In this document: positions 11,158-20,000 of the stretch, in pieces
How the letters are laid out: the number at the start of each line of letters is the position of its first letter
Numbering within the stretch: the stretch's first letter is position 1
Source of the DNA: Perkinsus olseni
Lineage: Eukaryota
Assembly: GCA_013115125.1 (NCBI GenBank)
Contig: JABANN010000088.1
Span: 56,424 to 76,423, forward strand
DNA length: 20,000 nucleotides
Direction: 5' to 3'
Position numbers and translations under genes: made by a program
Notes under the pieces: generated by a model
What the model was told of the DNA's origin: nothing
The model's database searches: none
The model's input: only the letters and a program-made list of their open reading frames with translations

Positions 11158-13792
11158 TCATCCTCCCTTTGCATGCGCTTCTAGATTCACCCTGGACAGA
11201 ACACTCGCCCAGAACCTGTCTGTTTGGCGCAAAGTCTTTCTATTATACTCAGCCATCGTATGCGAGACCTCTCGAGCGTTCAAGTCGCGGATCTTCGAGA
11301 GGAGATCAGGGATGCTGGCGAAGTACTGCAGTCCGGGGAAGCGACTGAAGTCGCTGTATTGGTACCTGCAAGCCGCAGTAGAGAGGTAAAGTCTCAGTGG
11401 AATGACGTACCAGTATCGCATAGCGTCGAGCCGCATGTGACGACGGAGCCACCATATACCTTTCCGTTTCCGAGTGAAGTCATAAGACTCCACAGTGCTC
11501 ATCTGGAAGGGCGTGTACGGGAATTCGGCAAGTTCTCCATCCCGTGCCTGCCGGGGAGGGACCTGACAGCATCGACCTCTTCTCATCGGTCCATGGCAGC
11601 AGCGGTGCATGAGAGTACATGATGGAGCTTCTCGCGATGGAGTCGTCGACGTATAACTCCAACACTCGAGTAGGTATCTTCGACCGCTGTTGTGTTGAGA
11701 GCTACGGAGAGGAAGTACTTCATGTCCCGAACTAGATCAAGGGCAAGGCCAGTGTACCTATACTGCAGCAGTCACACATCCAGTTTCGGGGAAGAAAGCC
11801 CCTCCCATTTTGGCAGTCTTCCGTCCCTGGCTCGGATTTTGAAGTGATCAGCTGCGCACTCGGCCGAAGGATAGTGCCATTCTTCGAAAACTTCGGCGAC
11901 TAGCTCGCCGACTGCCTTCCGGTCGCAGATTGCGACAAACGACGAGCGCCGATTGTGCTCACATAGCCGACGTCTCTAGGTCCTGCCCCTTTGCCGCTTC
12001 CATGGCCTTCAACAACAAGTTCTCAGCAACGTCTCGTGCCGTGTCAGCCGAGCGAACACCTACACCCAGCCTGGACCAAGAGTTCCACAGAAATATCTCA
12101 CCCGCCTCTCGCGACTCCGGTAGGCCATCGCCACTATCGAGTATTTCTTTCGACTGTTCATCATCATCAGCATGTAGATCATCTTCACCATGAGTAACAG
12201 CATAGGGTCTGTGACCGGGGCGTACAGCCTGGTACATCGCCTCCCCTACCGACAGCTGCCCCCTCTGATACAGCAGACGGTACCTGCCCTGCGAGATGGA
12301 GTCCACCCGGTGGGAGTGCCTACATCCACTCCTCGCTTGGTATGAAGATCGGTATTTCCATGCTGTAGAGTTCATAGAAGGTCATCTGAGCATGGTCCCA
12401 AGGCAGCAAGACGACTGCCTTGTATCTCGATGCTTCTGCGTAGCTCATGGTCTGACCTTCCTTCAAGAATTCGAATTCTGACACCTCTAGCTCCGCTACT
12501 TTACTCGCCTCTTCAAGAAACTGCGCCAGGAGGCACTCGAATGTGTCATAAATGTAGAGTATCGATCGCCATACCAGGATGGTGTTTTTGATAGGCGTAT
12601 ACGTTGCCTCGGTGTACAGACCGTGCGGTCGCACAGTAGGCCAGCGATGACCTGTTTGGTAGTAAATCTGTTCAGCAAGGATAGGGTTGTTGGCTGCTGC
12701 TAGGACCCCGTCACTCGGCATGTACCGGTCAAAGTACTCCCACAAGGTATTGATATCGTCGGGTGGGCACAAGTTCAGGAGGGCTACTCCGAAGTACCCT
12801 ACCATCATCGTCACGCGCCCACAAATCTCCTCACTCGCTTTCAATCCCATCAGGCAACCCGACAAAGGCTCCGTGCAGACCAGTAGGTCAGCCGCGCACA
12901 GGAAAGGGTCCTCCCGATAGGCCCTGGCAACCTCAGCCTCCATGGACTGCCATGTGTGCTTCCATGGGTCCTTCTCGACCTCCTTAAACAAAGCAGCCAG
13001 CCTTTTCCCTGCCACATCCCCTAGGCACAGACTGCCATCCACAGCGCACCAGCGATCTTCTAGACCATAGTATCTAGCGGATATCCGAGCCGAGGGCTCG
13101 ACCATGCTCAGCAGCCTCTGCAGCTGATCGACAGGCTCTCGACTGAGTGAACCGTGCGTACCCATCACAGCCACCTTGAACTCGGCAGCCGACAGGGCTG
13201 CACTCTCCGATACCTCTCTGGGGTGGTACTCCTGGGGCCCCATGGGAGGGTCTATCGGATGCGTCCTGACATACTCCTGGTACGTCATGAACTGAGTCTC
13301 CTCGAGGTTGATCATAACGTCCATGATGTCCAACCCCCAGGTGCTGCTCTTGAGGTAATCAAGCGACAGCTCCTTGCCGCACATCACAACAATGTATTGT
13401 AGGTCCCTCTGAGCTATTTCACGATGCTCAGTATTGTCACTCGCCATCAGATGCCTTGCTCGGATGAAGAGGGCTGCCATGTAGCCATAGAGACAGAAGT
13501 CGTCCTCTTCCGGAATGTTGTAGCAAAGTTGGCGGTAGAAGCCGTAGGGCGGGTACTCCCTGCCGTCCCATCGCTCGCATATTGCGTTGGCCTCGTTGAA
13601 CAGATCGAAGTCCACTGGGAAGCCTTCACGAGCATTCCCCTGGAATCGAGTCTTGAAGGACCGCCAAACACTACTGTTGTTGCATTCGAGGACGCCTGGC
13701 GTGGGCCACTCCTCCGGCAAGGACGGCACACCCAGTATGCACAGGACAAGCAACAGCCAGTAGGGGTTGACCCTCATCGAGAGCGATAGCAT
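11158..13792 (-). CDS. Secreted or ER-targeted uncharacterised protein, possibly glycosyltransferase-like (GT-B)
   Basis: N-terminal signal peptide MRVNPYWLLLVLCILGVPS. The ~1.47-kb first exon (12324-13792) is followed by a 40-nt intron into YRLLYQRG. Conserved-looking motifs are AVVLLPWDHAQMTFYELYSMEIPIFIPS and AMRYW|YQYSDFSRFPGLQYFASIPDL. Stop at 11158-11160. The gene is solid; the function is inferred from motif resemblance only. Confidence 0.75.
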
Positions 13793-13845
13793 TATACTCC
13801 CACTGTCAAGTTCCAAGGCCAGGCTATGGTCGGTCCGAATTCACC

Positions 13846-14002
13846 TCGCCCCGGACTTGATTGACTACTGTAAACTGATAGACGATGAGTAGAAAAGAGT
13901 GACGTATTGGCAAGTATATCGATAATAGTAACGCTGAGGTGGCTTCTATTCCTTTCCCTCGATCCGCCATGCTGTGCACGCCGTACCTGAGAGCATGTGA
14001 CA
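13846..14002 (-). repeat. Direct-repeat copy of RPB9 last exon (13946-13986), its splice acceptor and 3' flank; matches 18568-18726
   Basis: Aligns by eye from tcgccccggacttgattgactactg through cacgccgtacctgaga. It encodes the identical peptide (C)TACTAWRIEGKE*. Confidence 0.95.
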
Positions 14003-14072
14003 GGTTGAGAGTTCGGCTGCTCTATTGATTTCTATCTAGTCGATACTGCAAGAGCGCATCGCTCAAGGCCGT

Positions 14073-14337
14073 TGCCAGATATGAAATTCACTAACACATA
14101 GTATGTAGCTTGATCTCGGCATCTTCAATAACGTTGCACTATTACATTGCAGTAGGCGTAGTTGTAAAACACAACATGGGTCGATTGGGCTCATAGTGAA
14201 CGAGATAGAGCAGATAGGAAGTGGAATGGATTGATGATGCGGGGCTAGTATGAGCACAGGTCATACGTGTAACACAGAACTCTTGGGTGGAGGACTAGAG
14301 GGGGAGAAAGAGCTGATGCCATCAATATATGGCAGTA
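14073..14337 (+). pseudogene. Decayed fragment of a serine carboxypeptidase paralog
   Basis: 14275-14337 (cagaactcttgggtggaggactagagggggagaaagagctgatgccatcaat) matches the exon end and intron at 17207-17274, with the GT donor mutated to GG. Weaker collinear matches are ccagatatga (~14075 vs ~16917) and aggaagtgg (~14216 vs ~17084). Confidence 0.7.
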
Positions 14338-15209
14338 GTACAAGAGGTGGCAACAGCGCTCAAGACAACAACGGTTCCGCCGATGACGACGGGGATGGCG
14401 ACTACAACCAGAACAACGAGATGCTCTCGTCGAGAGCGACAGCAACAACAACAACCCAGCAGCCAGCGCCCCAGCTCGTTCTGGTACTCGCAGTTCGGGT
14501 CGCGGAGAGCGGAGAGCTAAGGCACGCGGACGTCTTTGACACCTCTAGCCACACTATTCACAAAGTGATTCCTGTTGATAGTGAGGTACGGGCAAACTCT
14601 CGATTGGTTCATAATCCCTCGGACTTCTTGCCTAGCCGAAGTCCCCAACAGTATCGGCAAGTTCGAATAGGAGGCGAAACGTGAAGAAAGAGGAGTTCGG
14701 CAGGCGAGGAAAAGTTGCGCAGCGAAGAAAAAAGGGGACCCGATGGAGAAAAAATTGACCCGGCGAGAAAAATTCTTGCCTTCGGGAAGCATACTCCTCA
14801 CCACAATCCGAAACACACGACTGCTATCAATGTGCGAACCGGCGGGTGTTGGCCCATTCGATATGAGGGTCGCTAGAGTAGTCATGATAAGAAGCGGTCC
14901 GAAGGCACGCGTTAAGCCACGGCAGGCCTCCCCAATGGGGTTGCATACGTTGGGGCAGAAAGCCGCACACGTTGGGACCGGTCAGCCATACTGCTTCTAC
15001 ACCATATTCGCCCGCCTCAAACAAGAGATTGCCCGAAATAGTTTATTCCAGTTCAAAGAGCCTCGAGTTTCCAGGCTGGGGTATTTCTTACTGGAAGTGA
15101 TAGTATTAGCTGCTGGCAAAATTGTTAATATATCATCATCGCCCTCAGCAATATCGTCTTGGTGGTCTCAGTTGTTTTATTGTCTTACTCGTCGGTGGAC
15201 CACTCACTT

Positions 15210-17832
15210 ATGAGAGCATCAGCTTTTGTGTTACTACCACTGATTGTAGTGGCATCACTCAGGAGGAAAAACAGTAACACAACGGCACGTTGTAAACTCA
15301 CACTGCATGCAGGTTCAAAAGACGTAACACATTCGGATAAAGTTCTGTGTGAGGGATATGGCGGTGCAGAAACTTTTGGTTATACTAACGTCACAGGCAG
15401 CAATAGGTAATGTTCAATCAGAGGTCCAACCTTAGAAGAGATAGAGAACTCGGATCCTGCATTATGCAGATACTTTCACGCGCTTATCGACGCTGACAAA
15501 AACCAAAGTTCGTCTCCGACATTCGTTTACATGTCTGGTGGTCCTGGGCTTAGCGCCGTTGGCGAAATATACATTAATGGCCCATGCGTCATCGATGACA
15601 AAGATTTGGCCATCCTTGCTGCTAATGAGTAATACATTATCACTTGCGCAACAATCTCTGTCGAGGCTCATGAAAAGGCTGTGTTTGCTCTGTGAGGACT
15701 TATCAACAGATATTCATGGACAAAGACTGCCAATGGTATTTACATAGACTCACCTGGACAGACAGGTTTCAGCCTCGGACCCACAGAGGCTACCATGGAG
15801 CAGCAGGTCGAGAATCTGTACGACTTTCAAGCCAGCTAATTTGATGCTTGTGAGGATAGTTACCTGACTATTCTCGACATAGCAAAGACGAGATCCTATA
15901 TCAAAGACAACCTCCATCTTGTAGGACATTCATTCGGCTGTAAGTAACTGAGCACTGAAAGCTGATGACGATTTGTATCGATCCATCCACGTCGACTCAA
16001 GGTGGATGGATTGGAAGTCTCTGAGTGTTACTCCGATTCCAACTAGTAAACGACATCATTTACCATTTGAAGAACATATCCGCATAACCTTGTACCTTGT
16101 ACAACTGAATATATCATATGAATTGTTTCAACCGTTTCGATGGTTGATGACAGATAGACGAGATATTACTTTTCAAACATAGTCTGACAGGTACAACAGC
16201 TATCCTACTAGCACAAAAGATTGCCTCATTGAAAGAAGAATCAGGGATAAGATTAAATAGCATCACGATTGTAGGAGCTATAGTAAGCCCAATCGATATG
16301 TAGGAAGCTACATGTTGCACATTGCCCTTCTAGTTCGTCTTCGTTCCAGGTACAAAGGAGCAGTGCAGATGGCTAAAACTCGCAAATTACTTCCCCGAAG
16401 GATGTAGTTACTCATGATAACTATCGGCCATATTTTGAGGAAATGGACATTCTCAAATTTTACCCATTAAAATGATACAATACATCCAATACATTTCGTT
16501 ATATGTCGCCCACATTGCGTGCGAAGAATGTAACTCTTGATCAGTGTTAAGGAACCGTATTTTGAAGACTGAAAATTCATAACCAATGCACTGATGATGA
16601 GACGTTCTTGATTATCTCAGTATTAAAGAGATGGAAAAAAATGAGAGCGCTTTCATAGAGATAGCAAAAGCCAGCCACACAACTCCAGAGGGTCATCAGC
16701 CAGATCCAGGTATAGACTCTGTACATTTGCAACAAGGCAATATTCACTTTCAGAGGCTTACGGCAAGGTGGCAAGAGCGTTCTCCAAGATGATTCTGCAC
16801 CCACTCAAAGATAGAAACAAAAGCCCGTAAGGAGGTTGTAATTGTCCCGATTCGGAAGTGTCGATCATTCTATCTGATGGCGTCTCTCAATTTCGAGTCA
16901 TTAAGTTCTTCCCGTTCCAGATATGATGTACGTACTTACCCGGGAGAAGAGCGTGACCACTTTTACTTCCGTCCAGTGGATGTACCGAATACATTTCCTG
17001 CGCTCTTTCCAATGCCCGCGTTTTTTCCTCAGTCCACAGAACAGATGAATAGGAAATCTATACAGGCGAAGTTGGGAGTGGACAAGAAGTGGATCGAGAG
17101 GGAATGGCGAGTGGGTGCTTCTCAATTGCGTAGCTATGCATTTGAGCGGCGTAGGTCAGCAACGACTTCGGCAAATACTTGGGATATGATACAAGCAGTG
17201 TGGTACCAGAACTCTTGGATGGAGGACTAAAGGTGGAGAATGAGCTGATGCTATCAGTATACAGTATGGCAGTACTGTTTCAGCTTTTTGTATTTAACGG
17301 CGAGGAAGACTATATGACCAGCTGCGAAGGCGCTCTATCGTGGATGAGCAAATTGAAGGGTAAAGAAGATTATGGTAAAGCGATTACTGCTGCAGTGGCT
17401 AAGCCTATTGAGGTAGCGAATGGATCACTAGGGGATTAAATGCAATCTCATTGTTCCTGTCAGATCGACGAGGTTGACGAGCTAGGAACAATCCGTCAGG
17501 CAAAGTTTGCCACCGGTGGATCATTGTCATTCATTCAAGTAATTCGAAACCTCAGTTTCGCTGCGCAGCTGTGGCCTAGAGCGTCTGGTTGAAAGAGGCG
17601 TAATATGCCCTGAGTACCCTGACTTGTCACAGATCATTTATGTGTTATTCTGACGGGGAATCCCGCAGCTTGTTTGTATTCATCAAGTATTTTTTCACCC
17701 AGTACCCCAGCTGGATGTTCCGTCTTGTTAGAACGTTCTTCATAGGTATCCGAAGCCGGTCACTTAATAAACGTGAACAAACCCTTTGAGATGTCAAGAG
17801 CTGTTCAGAAGATATTTGCTGATGAATTATGA
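15210..17832 (+). CDS. Secreted serine carboxypeptidase, peptidase family S10, intact multi-exon gene
   Basis: Signal peptide MRASAFVLLPLIVVAS. Motifs: GYTNVTG, YMSGGPGLSA, INGPC, NE|YSWTKTANGIYIDSPGQTGFS, catalytic Ser GHSFG (15924-15938), YDVR, PELLDGGLK|LFVFNGEEDY (Asp at 17308-17310) and VSEAGHLI (His at 17761-17763). Stop TGA at 17830-17832. All junctions checked splice in frame. Confidence 0.92.
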
Positions 17833-17918
17833 ACACTGATCATTGAACAGATAGACAAGGCAATTTCACAATCACTCTAATGTCATTCGACGCTGATGTT
17901 GTTGTTGATCTTGATGTC

Positions 17919-17919
17919 G

Positions 17920-17977
<58 letters not shown>
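17919..17977. repeat. (GTT)n/(AAC)n microsatellite, about 19-20 perfect units, with a degenerate flank from ~17896
   Basis: Directly visible trinucleotide run. Confidence 0.97.
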
Positions 17978-18669
17978 ATCGAAACTGTTGAGTTTCGTTT
18001 TTTGCTAAGCACTCCTATGATGAAGCGAGGTGAAACTGAAAGCTGCTTCCCCAAGCATGCATACACCTTCACTATCAGTGAGCATCTGAGCATCGCACCG
18101 CGACTAGTGCTACCGTGGTATTAACAGGGGCGGGAACGACACAGAGAAGTAGGCTAATTTTGAAACTCAACTGTCCCGGAGCGATGCACCAGTAACTATT
18201 CCGGTCGCAAAGAATACACGGACGTTTTACTCCAGGTTTAGGCGCGCAATCGCTTGGGCTATGACATTCATATAAGAAATGAACGAAGAGTGCTATGAGA
18301 TGAATACATATGTATGCTCCCAAAGGAGAGGTATAGAATTCTTCCGTCAGTGTGTGTGGAGGGGGCAAAGTCCTGGGGATATTCGTCTGATATCGGAAGG
18401 AAAAGAAACTATCGGAGTCCTCAGATGTAAACAAAGAGTGACCATCACCGTTTGTGGACATTGGTTCTGGCCCCGCTGCGACTAGACAGGCGGTTAATCC
18501 ACGAAGACTCCCTATGTGGACTACCTTCTGATATCTAACGTTCGCCTGGCATCCAACCTATGATTGGTCGCCCCGGACTTGATTGACTACTGCAAACTAG
18601 CAGCATATGAGTAGAAAAGAGTGACGTATTGGCAAGTATATCGTAATAATAGTAACGCTAAGGCGGCTT

Positions 18670-19498
18670 CTATTCCTTCCCCTCGATCCGCCATGCCGTG
18701 CACGCCGTACCTGAGAACATGCCACAATTCCCGTTGATGACGTTTGATGGCAGCTTCCAGACCGTACAGACGAAGATGAGTGCCATAGCGTTAGTCTGTT
18801 GACTCTCTGGCAACTGCCAGAAGACCGCCTCATGATTGGGGCAGTTGTTGCAAGTATACTCGGTAGTCCGAGATAGGGTAGGGTCGTGGATGACGTCGCT
18901 CCGAATCATCAATGCTTCCCTGAAGAGACGGTATGGATGAAGAAGAAGATGGCATTATCGGTGGTATCACTTATGATGATAAGATACGTCATTCCGGAAA
19001 ACGACCAAGTCATCAGCATTTATGTTTTCCAACTCATCGTCTTTTGACACCACTCGCTGGACGTAGGGGCAGGTCCTGAAAGAATGATGTCGCGCATTAG
19101 AGATCCAAGACGGCTTGTCTATGAGAGAGTAATCCCAGCAAGCTTGGAGGGAAAGGCCAAACTATGAGAGGAAGTGTACGGCTCAGAAGTTAGACATGGT
19201 TTGGTATGAAGCCATGATATGCAAAAATTCCCTCTAGGCCGCCAAAACCATCACTGGTCTGTGCTTCTAAGTAGCGTTATTGACACGAGCTATTCGGAGT
19301 CCGAATTTCGAATTTGTCGGGGGGAGTTTGGTAGTAGACTGGTCCGAATTTCGGACCGGTCTACTACCACTCTTCCCGCAACTCCTCCACATCCCCCCGT
19401 TACTACCTGCATGCGTACTCTAATGCAACCTCCCGCTTGTTTTCCCGGGGGTAGAGGAGGTTGTTACACTCGGGACAGAACTTGAGTTGGGCGGACAT
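18670..19498 (-). CDS. RPB9: DNA-directed RNA polymerase II subunit RPB9 (POLR2I), complete, 4 exons
   Basis: Exons 19407-19498, 18971-19075, 18768-18919 and 18670-18710 splice to MSAQLKFCPECNNLLYPRENKREVALEYACR|TCPY...FRNDVSYHHK|EALMIRSDVIHDPTLSRTTEYTCNNCPNHEAVFWQ...MALIFV|CTACTAWRIEGKE*. Both zinc ribbons and the DPTLxR motif are present. Confidence 0.96.
19329..19369. repeat. 41-nt near-perfect palindrome inside RPB9 intron 1
   Basis: tggtagtagactggtccgaa-t-ttcggaccggtctactacca has 20-nt arms with one mismatch. Confidence 0.93.
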
Positions 19499-19809
19499 GC
19501 TACAGGAGAAACACTGTGAGGGCCGAAGCTAGCACGGCTGAGTTACTCAAAACGACCTGACGCGGTCGAAGAACGGGATCCAATCCGAGGAGAGAGATGC
19601 CAGTTATTTGGGAGCTAATAGTAATCTCTGGACCACGGAAGAACGTTCGAAACTCCCATGAAGCAGTACAAACCCGGCTCGAAACAACAAATGTAGGGTT
19701 CGTGCCCTGCGCGCTTGCCCTTGTAATCGTTATCGTCTGACCACTTGTAGTTCGCCCTTCGATTATTGCGCCAGCATTCGATCGCGCTACGCTTAAGTGC
19801 GTGTTACAT

Positions 19810-20000
19810 AGCGGTGAACTACTCGAGAAGTGAGTTCTTTGTTTGATTCTTCCCACTTGGCTGCACTTCAGCGAAAGTCTGCCCTTGTTGTGAAGTTCGA
19901 CTACGCTATCCACCGAAGCACTGCTACTACAGTGCGAACCAAACCGTTATGCAAATCACCATTTCTGAGGTAACTTGCTCAATAAGAAGAGTTTATCAAT
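19810..20000 (+). CDS. Possible 5' exons of a gene divergent from RPB9, continuing beyond the window
   Basis: A typical + strand intron gtgagttc...cacttcag (~19830-19871), an open segment KVCPCCEVRLRYPPKHCYYSANQTVMQITISE and a donor gtaact at 19970. No start or domain identified. Confidence 0.25.

Noticed and set aside
14050-14067. catcgctcaag resembling the 3' end of a perkinsid/dinoflagellate spliced-leader relic
   Set aside because: Only about 7 nt match (gctcaag), which is expected by chance.
17872-18093. Poly-glutamine ORF
   Set aside because: It is a translation of the (AAC)n microsatellite, with no supporting gene structure.
18075-18485. Cys-containing ORFs on both strands
   Set aside because: No consistent spliced model or recognisable domain on either strand.
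19445-19475. Purine tract followed by TGTTAC, resembling a polypurine tract and LTR start
   Set aside because: It is the reverse complement of RPB9 exon 1 (FCPECNNLLYP).
19500-19913. 137-aa ORF on the - strand upstream of RPB9
   Set aside because: Non-ATG start, no motif, and splice signals here point to the + strand.
1-20000. CRISPR arrays, rRNA/tRNA genes, transposase, integrase or reverse transcriptase
   Set aside because: No spaced repeat arrays, cloverleaf or rRNA signatures, or catalytic motifs were recognised by eye.

Overview
Eukaryotic genomic DNA with many very short (mostly 30-60 nt) GT-AG introns and tight intergenic gaps. The style suggests an alveolate protist such as Perkinsus, which is an inference. 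The six-frame ORF track only shows exon fragments, so I spliced genes by eye. From left to right: an OSCA/TMEM63/CSC1 channel (-, runs off the left edge); an ankyrin-repeat Raf-like TKL kinase (-); a small Pro-rich hypothetical gene (+); an Aurora-like (DFGWS) kinase with an N-terminal F-box-like motif (+); an unclear hypothetical gene (+); a secreted glycosyltransferase-like protein (-); and a visibly AT-richer block. That block holds an intact S10 serine carboxypeptidase (+) and a decayed paralog fragment. A complete RNA polymerase II subunit RPB9 gene (-) follows. Most notable: the RPB9 last exon plus 3' flank is present twice as a direct repeat about 4.7 kb apart, bracketing the protease block, and the two exon copies differ only by synonymous changes. 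Gene ends and some small exons are approximate.
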